DNA of 64,000 nt, from IMG/VR virus record IMGVR_UViG_3300022700_000241; one strand, given 5' to 3'. The DNA is from an uncultured virus (IMG/VR IMGVR_UViG_3300022700_000241). Lineage: Duplodnaviria > Heunggongvirae > Uroviricota > Caudoviricetes. Below the pieces are notes generated by a model. The model searched no databases. It had not been told where the DNA came from and saw nothing but the letters and a program-made list of their open reading frames with translations. Positions 1 to 8,414 of the stretch are shown piece after piece (within the stretch, counting starts at the first letter, position 1; each line of letters starts with the position of its first letter). The position numbers and the translations under genes are program-made.

Positions 1-2
1 CC

Positions 3-1175
3 GACCGGGACCCGCCCGCAGAAAACGCCGACACCTTCGCCGAGGACATCCGGTTCGTAGCACAGAAACGGCGGGCGGTCCAGCGGCTTGCAATCTTGGC
101 CATGCAGGCGCAAAACGGGAAAACCCCCAAGGAACTGGCCCGCCTTGCGGAGGAGACTGCCTCGAAGCTCTCCTCCGACGCGGACATGACTACGATCCAC
201 CCGCTCTCCAACTACACCTCCGAAGCCCACGAGAGGATGCAGGAGGACCACGAGCAGCGGGTGACCGGCATTCCCTCGAACCTCGATGCCCTCAACCGAA
301 TCACGAAGGGGTGGCACGACGCCGAACTGACCTACATCGCCGGGCGGCCATCGATGGGGAAAACCAGCCTGTGTCTCGGGTGCGCAAAGCACGCCGCGAA
401 AGAGGGATACAGCGTCGGCTACATCTCCGCAGAGCAGAACCCTCTCCCACTGACGGTTCGGCTCATCAAGCAGGAAGCCCGGGCCAGCTACGACCAAAAC
501 CCGCGCAACCTGTCGATGGAGAAGCGAATGAACATGGTGTCCCGGGCGATTGACACCCTCAACTCCATCCCGTTCTACCTCACCGAGGAGTCGGGGATGG
601 ACATCGACGACCTCAAGGCAATGATCCGTCGGCTCCAGATGGAGCACGGATGCGACATCGTGTTCTTCGACTACTTCCAACTCCTCAAGCAGCCGGAGGG
701 CAATTTCTCCCGCAAGAATCAGTGGATGGGGAATGCCTCTCGGGAGCTAAAGGCGCTGGCGAAAAGCCTCAACATCCCCCTCGTCGTGGCGGCCCAACTC
801 AACCGCGAGGTCGAGAACCGCGGCGGGGCCAAACGCCCGCAGCTTGCAGACCTTCGAGAGGCCGGGCAGATGGAGGAGGATGCCGACATGGTGATCTTCG
901 TCTATCGCGCGGAGCAATACGGGATTAGCCAGGACAAGAAGGGCAACTCCACGGAGGGAAAAGCCGAACTGATCGTCGAGAAAAACCGCAACCGGCCCGT
1001 CGGAACTGCGCACGTGGCCTTCGTCAAGCGGTTCACGCTCTTCGAGGACCTCACGTCTCGTGTTCACGACAACGTGGAGATCGACGAGGACAACGTGCAG
1101 CCCCAGAATAGCGCCTCGCAGGGATCTTCCGGGGGCGGACAGCCCCCGATGGGGCCGCAGGACCCGAAGTTTTAG
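3..1175 (+). CDS. dnaB: Replicative DNA helicase DnaB (5'-truncated by the window edge)
   Basis: Walker A IAGRPSMGKT, VFFDYFQL, AAQLNREVENR, RPQLADLREAGQMEEDADMVIF and KNRN are DnaB motifs. The frame is open from position 3 (..PAENADTFAEDI.., resembling the end of the DnaB N-terminal domain), so the start lies off-window. Confidence 0.95.
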   Translation, partial: DRDPPAENADTFAEDIRFVAQKRRAVQRLAILAMQAQNGKTPKELARLAEETASKLSSDADMTTIHPLSNYTSEAHERMQEDHEQRVTGIPSNLDALNRITKGWHDAELTYIAGRPSMGKTSLCLGCAKHAAKEGYSVGYISAEQNPLPLTVRLIKQEARASYDQNPRNLSMEKRMNMVSRAIDTLNSIPFYLTEESGMDIDDLKAMIRRLQMEHGCDIVFFDYFQLLKQPEGNFSRKNQWMGNASRELKALAKSLNIPLVVAAQLNREVENRGGAKRPQLADLREAGQMEEDADMVIFVYRAEQYGISQDKKGNSTEGKAELIVEKNRNRPVGTAHVAFVKRFTLFEDLTSRVHDNVEIDEDNVQPQNSASQGSSGGGQPPMGPQDPKF

Positions 1176-1784
1176 CCCGAAATCTCCCCGACCGTGGGAA
1201 ATTTCCGACGACCCGGCCCACCCGCAGGGCGTTTTGGGCGAAAGTCGAGGACACTACACGTGCGCGCACGTTGACCCCCCCTCGAACCCGGGTCGGAGCC
1301 CCAAAGACGCCCCGATATTTCTTGGCCAGCCGGGAGAGTGCCCGACGCAGGCACCCCGAAATCACGGTATCGTCGGTAAGACCCGACGATATGAGTGAGA
1401 TCCAGAAAAATCCCGTCGGGTATATGGAGGCGCGAGAGACGCCCTCTCTCGCGTTGACCCCCCTAAGCTGTGCGATGGGTCTAAGACTCCCTGTTTGAGC
1501 CGCTCTGCTTAGCTCTGAGCCCAGAGGAGACGATGAGCCTCGACCCCGACCCTCCTCTCCGATCCCCTCCCAGCGGTGCCGACAAATCCGCAAACCCCCC
1601 GAAATCGGCCTCGCGTGTACGCTCGTTCGAGTAAATAGGCCCACGGTCTGTGTCGGATTCGGCGGTGATTTTTGTGCCGGATGGAACGGGAGACCAAAAT
1701 TCCTATAAACCCCGGTAGGTCCGCGTCCTGGTGGCGCGGGCCGCCCGGACCGCCATCCACTTCTCAACAACCCGAGCCCAACCG
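1176..1784. promoter_or_regulatory. Non-coding repeat/palindrome-rich region (possible origin or promoter region)
   Basis: CCCGAAATC at 1176, 1355 and 1598. CGTTGACCCCCC at 1269 and 1452. Perfect palindrome ACGTGCGCGCACGT at 1258-1271. Inverted pair TATCGTCGG/CCGACGATA at 1368-1391. No convincing ORF. Confidence 0.4.
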
Positions 1785-3497
1785 ATGTCCAGTGACGAAA
1801 CGATCATGCCCAGTGATGTGGGCGCCGACGAAAACTCCTCCACCCCCAACGGGTCTCCGGCCACCACCGAGAGCCGGGTTCAGGAAGCCCCACCGGAAAG
1901 CGACGACGCGCCGTGGGCGACCTCTCACTTTGAGGTGATGATGGGGAAGACCCTGTACGGTGCCATTCTGGACGCGGAGACCGACGACCTTATTGCCCAG
2001 GTCGAAAAGCGCAACTCGACCTCGATTCACGACCTCCGTGAGCGAGAGGGAATCTCCGGGAAGGTCATCTATCTCACCGAGGGGGAGGACGGGGATGAGC
2101 GCCGGATAGAACTGTCGCTCAAGGAGAGCGCCAACAGCAAGGGAGAAGAGACCGAAGAATCCGACATGGAGAAGCTCGTCGGGACGCTCCGCGAGGAAAT
2201 CCGCTCGATGCGCTCGGAGCAGTCCCCGAGCGGTCCCGGCCCGGATGCCGACAAAGACGACCTGTGGGACCAGATCAATACGCTCCGTGAGCGGCTATCA
2301 AAAATGCGGGACGAGAAGCAGAATCTCCTCGATGACCTCGACGAGGCGGAAGGCAAGCTCCGCAAGGTGCGCAACGAAAAACGCTCCGAGATTGCCACGC
2401 TCCGGGACAAGCGGGAGGAGTTTCGGGTCAAGTTCCAGCAGATGAAGCGCGAGCGAGATCGTCTCGAACGCCAACTCGAAGACGCCGAAGAGCGGGCCGA
2501 GGAACTGGAGGATACGGTCACCTCGCTCCGCGACCGGAACGACCGTCTCAAGTCGAAGGTGGCCAACGTCGGGGACGAGGAGGACGGGGCCGCCGACGGG
2601 TTTTGGGCGCGCCTCTTCGAGCGGCTTCTGGGGGAGGATGGGATGCTTTCCGACGTGGACGGGACGGCGATCTCTCGCGTCATGGCCCAGCTTTCCCAGC
2701 AGCAGGCGCAAAGCCAGCCCCAACAGGTCCCCGCAGGCGCCGCCGGACAAATGCAGCGCAGCGCGGGCGCCCCGCAGGTGTCTGCTCAAAATGGCGGAGG
2801 CGCCGTTCACCGCGCCCCCCAGCAGCCGGGCGGACAGGGCGGCCAGCCACCCGGCGCACAGCAAGCCCAGCAGGCGGGGCAGAGCCAGCAGGGCCAACCC
2901 TCACAACAGTCCCAGAACCAACCCGAAGAGATGATGGACCGTGACGAAGCGATTGGCGACCTATTCAAGCGAATCATCGAAGACAGCGTAGGGCGACTCC
3001 AAGGGAGCTTTTCGGAGGAGGACATCCAGGAATCCGCGGCCCTCGTGTCCCAGCGCCTCGACGAGTACCGCACGCAGCAGGGCTTCGAGATCCAGCCCCA
3101 CGAGTGGTCCCAGCTTCTCATCGAGCTTACTGCGGCGGTCGACCGAATGGACATCGAAGGCGGCAAGGCCGAGGTGTTTTGCCACAAGCTGTGGCCGATG
3201 CTCCAGGTGTTTTCCGACCAGCTTGAGGTGGTCAACAACTTCCCGCCCGAGCTTGCGGCGACCACCCTCCAGAACTTCTACGAGTCGAGCGACCAAATGC
3301 TACTGGGCAACAAGATCCAGGTCACCGACTCGATGCACGACGTGCTCGCCGGTGTCATCGGCGTGCTTGCCGATCACCTCGGCACCGGGCAACGACCGGG
3401 CGGCCAGCCCAGCGCCGACGGTTCCGGGAGCGGTGGTGAGGAGGGGCAGGGCGCCCTTCCCGATGATGAACAGAACGAACTGCCCCCTGGCCTCTAA
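1785..3497 (+). CDS. Acidic coiled-coil protein with Q/G/P-rich linker, function unknown
   Basis: Long heptad-like region (LWDQINTLRERLSK...LKSKV), a Gln-rich linker and a helical C-terminal domain. ATG 1785 chosen over upstream GTG 1731. Confidence 0.75.
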   Translation: MSSDETIMPSDVGADENSSTPNGSPATTESRVQEAPPESDDAPWATSHFEVMMGKTLYGAILDAETDDLIAQVEKRNSTSIHDLREREGISGKVIYLTEGEDGDERRIELSLKESANSKGEETEESDMEKLVGTLREEIRSMRSEQSPSGPGPDADKDDLWDQINTLRERLSKMRDEKQNLLDDLDEAEGKLRKVRNEKRSEIATLRDKREEFRVKFQQMKRERDRLERQLEDAEERAEELEDTVTSLRDRNDRLKSKVANVGDEEDGAADGFWARLFERLLGEDGMLSDVDGTAISRVMAQLSQQQAQSQPQQVPAGAAGQMQRSAGAPQVSAQNGGGAVHRAPQQPGGQGGQPPGAQQAQQAGQSQQGQPSQQSQNQPEEMMDRDEAIGDLFKRIIEDSVGRLQGSFSEEDIQESAALVSQRLDEYRTQQGFEIQPHEWSQLLIELTAAVDRMDIEGGKAEVFCHKLWPMLQVFSDQLEVVNNFPPELAATTLQNFYESSDQMLLGNKIQVTDSMHDVLAGVIGVLADHLGTGQRPGGQPSADGSGSGGEEGQGALPDDEQNELPPGL

Positions 3498-3630
3498 GAC
3501 ATAGGGGAGAACGTGACGTGCGGCACCGACGAGGCAGTTGCCTTGTTGTCGGACGCCCGAGGCCGGGCACGTGCGAGAACGCCCAACGCCACCGCCCACT
3601 GTCACGACTGCACTCTCCCCCTTCGAGTCT

Positions 3631-4809
3631 ATGCCTCATAACGGACGGGCACTTGAGCGCTCCGGCGCTCCTCTCAACTCTAACGTATCCACGTACCCGG
3701 GCCTGCGGCCCACCGTGCGTCTCATCGCGGAATTTGCCCTTCGGGGGCAGGGCCGCGACCCGGTTCACAAGGCCGCCCGGAAAGCGCTCCGGAGCGAAGG
3801 AGTGGAACTGATCCCGCTCCAAAAACAGACGCCCGAGTGGCGCGAGCGTGCGGCCCGCGCCATTTATGAATGGATGGGACCGAACGTCACGTACGCCTAC
3901 GACCCGGAAGGTATCGAGCAGGTCCAGGAGCCGACCGCGACGCTCATGCTCGGTCAAGGCGACTGCGACGATATGGTCTCCCTGGCCATCGCCATGCTCA
4001 CGTCCGTAGGGGTCCCGGCCCGCATCAAAGTCATCCGTCAAACCGGCTCGGACGTGTTCAATCACATCTACGCCGAGTACCAGGGGACCACGCGGGGCCG
4101 AGGCCAGTGGAAAGCCTTTGACGCGACGCTCCGGCGACCGGAGAACGGCGAGTATGGCCACGTCGGGGACGCACCCGACCCGTCGCTCATCGCCGAATCG
4201 GTCGAGGTGCCGGTCACCGGCGCCCCTGGGAATTTGGGGCCGCGCACGGAAACGGCCCTTCGGCAATTGCCCGCCGATGCAGGGATTGTACCCGACCGGA
4301 AGCTCCAGCAAGAAACCGCCCAACCCAATCAAAGCGCCCCCTCTGCCATGAGCGGACCGACTTCGAGACGCGGCGCCCCGACGGCCCTGGCCCAGGGCAC
4401 GCCAACCGGACAGCCCACCGGCGGCCAGTCGGAGGCGGAAGACCCCTTTGTAACCTCCAGCGGGGACCTCACCCGGTCGAGCCGACCGCCCGGATCCTCG
4501 AAAGCAACCGGCGTCTCGCCCGGACGCGAGGAAGTTGTCGTCGTCTCTCCCAGCCGCTACGCAGAGCTTATCCAGCAGGCCCAAACCACCGGGGACTTTG
4601 AATGCACCGTGGAGGGCCGCATGGTCATTCGCGACGCGCAGGGGCGAGAGATCCTTCCCTCTTCCGAGGTCGAGGAAGGAGGGATGCTTGCGGCTGGAAT
4701 CCCGGGATGGGTTACGCCGCTTCTTTTTGCGACCGGCGGGGTTGCGCTTATCGCCGCCCTCACCAAGGACGACGAGGAAGAAAGCGGTGGCAATGAGTCG
4801 TCCAGCTAA
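3631..4809 (+). CDS. Transglutaminase-like (papain-fold) cysteine protease with C-terminal membrane anchor
   Basis: GDCDD (Cys codon 3964), NHIYAE (His 4063) and AFDAT (Asp 4120) give a Cys-His-Asp triad with transglutaminase-core spacing. C-terminal hydrophobic helix WVTPLLFATGGVALIAAL. Start placed at ATG 3631. Confidence 0.85.
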   Translation: MPHNGRALERSGAPLNSNVSTYPGLRPTVRLIAEFALRGQGRDPVHKAARKALRSEGVELIPLQKQTPEWRERAARAIYEWMGPNVTYAYDPEGIEQVQEPTATLMLGQGDCDDMVSLAIAMLTSVGVPARIKVIRQTGSDVFNHIYAEYQGTTRGRGQWKAFDATLRRPENGEYGHVGDAPDPSLIAESVEVPVTGAPGNLGPRTETALRQLPADAGIVPDRKLQQETAQPNQSAPSAMSGPTSRRGAPTALAQGTPTGQPTGGQSEAEDPFVTSSGDLTRSSRPPGSSKATGVSPGREEVVVVSPSRYAELIQQAQTTGDFECTVEGRMVIRDAQGREILPSSEVEEGGMLAAGIPGWVTPLLFATGGVALIAALTKDDEEESGGNESSS

Positions 4810-4865
4810 CGGCGGCCTACCGACCGCGAACGCAAATCCCAATCCGGCCCAACATCCTTCTTCCG

Positions 4866-5261
4866 ATGCGCTCTTCTGCGCCTCCCGTTCCGACACGCCC
4901 GACCGGCCTTGGCGCCGACCCCTCTCTGTTTGAGTCGGCCTTCGACCGACTCACCGACGTGGTGGACCAGATTGCCCCGGGTGCCCGTGGGGAGATCGTC
5001 CACCAGTATTTGATGCGGAACGGCTATTTCGACGACCCGGAGCGCGCGGCGGCGCTTTTCCAGGGGGTCCCCGAGATCGATTCCTACCTCGACCAGATCA
5101 ACGTCTCGAAGGCCTCGCAAACGACCAACCAGGGCCTTACCGGCAGTCAGGTCGCCGCCGCGACCATTGGGTTTGGTCTCGGGCTTGGCGTCGCCTACCT
5201 TGTATCCTCCGCGACTTCCTCTGCCCCCAGCAATCGGCAGCGACGACTTGAAGGCCGCTAA
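4866..5261 (+). CDS. Small membrane protein (GLG leader, C-terminal TM helix)
   Basis: N-terminal MRSSAPPVPTRPT-GLG; TM segment VAAATIGFGLGLGVAYLV. Confidence 0.75.
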   Translation: MRSSAPPVPTRPTGLGADPSLFESAFDRLTDVVDQIAPGARGEIVHQYLMRNGYFDDPERAAALFQGVPEIDSYLDQINVSKASQTTNQGLTGSQVAAATIGFGLGLGVAYLVSSATSSAPSNRQRRLEGR

Positions 5262-5284
5262 TCTCTCAAAACAGTCCTCCACCC

Positions 5285-8200
5285 GTGAGCGAGCAACATT
5301 CCTCTACACAGACGGAGGCCCGCGAGGGCGGCCCTGCGGGACCCCAGCGCCAGAATCCGGATACCTCCGGCCCCAACCCGCTCGGCGAAGAGCGCGCGAT
5401 GGTCGGGAAAACCGGTCGGGATCTGGCAGATGGTGAGTACCCCGGTCTCATTTTGCCGAGCCCCTACTTCGACGTGCTCGGGGAGCCGCGGCCCTGGTTC
5501 AAGATGCTTGTCTACGGGCGCGAGGGCTCTGGGAAGTCCACGTTTGTGACCGGGCTTTGCAAGGCGTACATGCCCTATGCCCGGCACATGGACGCCAAGA
5601 TTCTTTACTGCTCCAGCGAGGAGGGACCGTCCGACACGAGCGCCGACCGCGTACAGCGACTCAACATCCGGGATGACCGGTTCGTGGTCACCTCATTTTC
5701 GACGCTGGAGGAGCTAAAGGAGGTGGTCGAGGACATCGACGCCCAGTTCGTCGTGCTCGACTCCGCAAGCGCCCTCCGAGACCAGAGCGGCGAGGGCGTT
5801 GAGATCATGAAGTTTTGCGAGCGGCAAGGCCGCGCGGTCGCCGTCATTGCCCACCAGAACTCGAAGGGCGAGGCGGCGAAGGCCCGCGACATGCGACACG
5901 AGTGCGGGATCGAGATCCAGTGCGTGCAGGAGCAGATGCCGCCCGGCAAAGCCCGCGCCTGGGGCCTCGACATCAAGGCCCCCGAGCGCCAGGGCGAGGG
6001 TGGGGAGATCATCGTGCATCTCGCCAAGAAAAAAAAGAACCGGTTCGGCGGGCGCGTGAAGGCGGCTCCGGTCCCGATGAAGGAGGATGAGATCCGAGAA
6101 ACCATCCCGGACCGCGTGATTGACCGCCGGGTCCGGAAACTCAAAGCCCACAACCAGTGGCCTATGACTGGCGGTGAGCCGGACCCTGCCACGTCCATTC
6201 GGGATAACCAGAACGGGTATTCCGGCATGGAAGGCGAGAGCCGACACCCCGGCGAGCCCCAGCGCCCGAACACTGCCGAGGACCGAGGCGGCCCGGAGAC
6301 CGGCCAGCCGGAGCCCGCTCCAGGGGATGCCGGTCCCAGTGGAATGGCCACCCCAGATGGCTCCGCCGTGGACCGAGCCGTCGAGTCGCCTGTAAATGGC
6401 CAGCAAGGCCCCGGCTCCCAGAATGGCCCCAGCGGCGGGCCGACACCGCGCCCCAATCGTTCGACCCCGAAAAATCCGACCAGTCTCATGGGATTCCCGA
6501 GCTTCATCCGAACCAACCCGGCCCAGAAGGTCGACCTCGACGAGTTCGAGTCCTTCACGCTCCGCGAGTTGATCGAGAACAACGGCAACGCGGCCCGCTC
6601 GGTCAGCTACCTCAACAAGTTCATCGGATGGGAGAGGGGGTGCGTCGCGGAGGTTTCCAACAACGAGAGCCCCGATTACCGGAGTGAGGAGGGCGGGCTG
6701 CTCGACGAGACCGAGACGCTGGAGACCGAGGACGGGGAGGTCGTCAACGGAAAGCTGCTCTCGTTTACGTACGAGCGCTTTCCGAAGTCAACCGCACGCC
6801 CGGACGCGGTAGCGGTCACCCGGATGTACCTCAATGACAAGCTGGTCGATACGATCTGCGCGGACACCGCGAAGGAGACCATCGAGATCGTCAAGGAGAA
6901 GTACGGGGACCTGGAGATCAAGGTGCTCTCCCAGGAGCATCTCCAGGACGCCTTTGGCGTCGAGGAATTTCGGCGGCTCGCTTCCGAGATCCCCAAGCGC
7001 CAAGACGAAGACAAAGGCACGGTCCCGTCGAACGTCCGCACTGAGGGGTTTGCCTCCAACGAGGTCTCCCCGCGCGGGCATATCAACACCGACATGGGAC
7101 TGGTCGACAAGCGAGTCATCAACCTCGCGAAGGAGGCGGCGAATGGCGAGTTTACCGGAATGGATGACGATGAGGGAGAAGTTCTTTCCGAGGGGGAGCT
7201 TCCCGCCAGCGCCGACCACGGGGTTGAGCTATTCGGCACCGAGTACATTTTCTACGAGACCGATCAGTTTGAACTGGAGGTCTCCACCGGAGACACGTTC
7301 TTCGTTGGCAGCCGGTCGACACGCGGGGACACCTCCCTCGCCGAGAGCCTCATGGGGTTCAACTTCGGCGCCGAAACGAACCTGTCCGGCGAGGAGCCCG
7401 AGCAGGTCGAGGAGGAGGTCCAAGAGGAAGAGGAGGAAGAGCCCGATATGACGGAGGAGGTCGAGGAGGCCGGACCGCCGGACGTGATGGCGCAGGTCCA
7501 AGACCTCATCGATCAGATTCCCGGCGACACGGAAGCGGGCTTCTTCGGCACTCACGAGGAGGAGGAAACCCCGACGATTGATTCTGCCGCGCTGGAGATC
7601 CTCACCGAGATGGCCGGTTCGGTAGACCGGGAGCAGGCCGGAAGCCGCGAGTTGGTCACGTTGGAGATTGCTGGGCTGACCGCCCTGGCCACCGAGTCGG
7701 ACCTTGTATTGGACGCCCCGACCGCCGACGACCCGTTCTACCAGCTTTCCGTGAAGGACAACGACGAGGGTGTCGATGCGGACATGCTCGTTCTCGCGCT
7801 CCAGGACGCCAATCTCATGAGCAACACCGTCGCGCGGGAGGAGGAGGCCGAGGAAGAACCGGAATCAGTCGGTGAAGCCCTTGGCCAGCGCGCCGAGGAG
7901 GCCGCAGGCATCGATGACGACATCGTGCCGGGCGGCTTCGCGCAAACCTCCCAGGGCATGTTTGTCGGGGGCGACGGGCTCGCGATCTTGCAGGAGGTGA
8001 GCGACGATTCTACCCAGTCCTCCGTGACGTTCGAGCTTGCGGGCGAGACGCTTCGCTTCTCGGTCGAACCCGCCCCGACGAAGTTCATCGGCAGCGAGGA
8101 AAACGGCGCGTTCCTGCTTACCGCTTCCTCGGAGGCGGCCCAGGACCTTTCGGTTCGCGGCTTGCTTATGGCCTTCGATGAGAGCGGCGCGATGCGCAGG

Positions 8201-8365
8201 CAAGCCGTTAGCGAGCAGGTCACCGAGCCCGCCGAGGAGGAAGAGGAGCCCGAACCGGCCCCGGAGCCTTCCACACCCGAACCGGAAGAGGAGACGGAGG
8301 CCTCCGCTACCGAACAAGCCACCGAGCAGATTGGGCAGATGATGAGTCAACTTGAGGACCTGTAA
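5285..8365 (+). CDS. RadA/Sms-like RecA-fold ATPase fused to long acidic C-terminal domains
   Basis: Walker A GREGSGKS (5516), LYCSSEE, Walker B FVVLDS, VIAHQN and the RadA-family signature KNRFG (6035-6049). Two RxNP motifs. Start uncertain (GTG 5285 or ATG 5399). Confidence 0.8.
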   Translation: MSEQHSSTQTEAREGGPAGPQRQNPDTSGPNPLGEERAMVGKTGRDLADGEYPGLILPSPYFDVLGEPRPWFKMLVYGREGSGKSTFVTGLCKAYMPYARHMDAKILYCSSEEGPSDTSADRVQRLNIRDDRFVVTSFSTLEELKEVVEDIDAQFVVLDSASALRDQSGEGVEIMKFCERQGRAVAVIAHQNSKGEAAKARDMRHECGIEIQCVQEQMPPGKARAWGLDIKAPERQGEGGEIIVHLAKKKKNRFGGRVKAAPVPMKEDEIRETIPDRVIDRRVRKLKAHNQWPMTGGEPDPATSIRDNQNGYSGMEGESRHPGEPQRPNTAEDRGGPETGQPEPAPGDAGPSGMATPDGSAVDRAVESPVNGQQGPGSQNGPSGGPTPRPNRSTPKNPTSLMGFPSFIRTNPAQKVDLDEFESFTLRELIENNGNAARSVSYLNKFIGWERGCVAEVSNNESPDYRSEEGGLLDETETLETEDGEVVNGKLLSFTYERFPKSTARPDAVAVTRMYLNDKLVDTICADTAKETIEIVKEKYGDLEIKVLSQEHLQDAFGVEEFRRLASEIPKRQDEDKGTVPSNVRTEGFASNEVSPRGHINTDMGLVDKRVINLAKEAANGEFTGMDDDEGEVLSEGELPASADHGVELFGTEYIFYETDQFELEVSTGDTFFVGSRSTRGDTSLAESLMGFNFGAETNLSGEEPEQVEEEVQEEEEEEPDMTEEVEEAGPPDVMAQVQDLIDQIPGDTEAGFFGTHEEEETPTIDSAALEILTEMAGSVDREQAGSRELVTLEIAGLTALATESDLVLDAPTADDPFYQLSVKDNDEGVDADMLVLALQDANLMSNTVAREEEAEEEPESVGEALGQRAEEAAGIDDDIVPGGFAQTSQGMFVGGDGLAILQEVSDDSTQSSVTFELAGETLRFSVEPAPTKFIGSEENGAFLLTASSEAAQDLSVRGLLMAFDESGAMRRQAVSEQVTEPAEEEEEPEPAPEPSTPEPEEETEASATEQATEQIGQMMSQLEDL

Positions 8366-8414
8366 CGCCCGTTGCGCGCAGGTCTGACCCTCACGAGAAA
8401 CGATCTCCGTTCCG

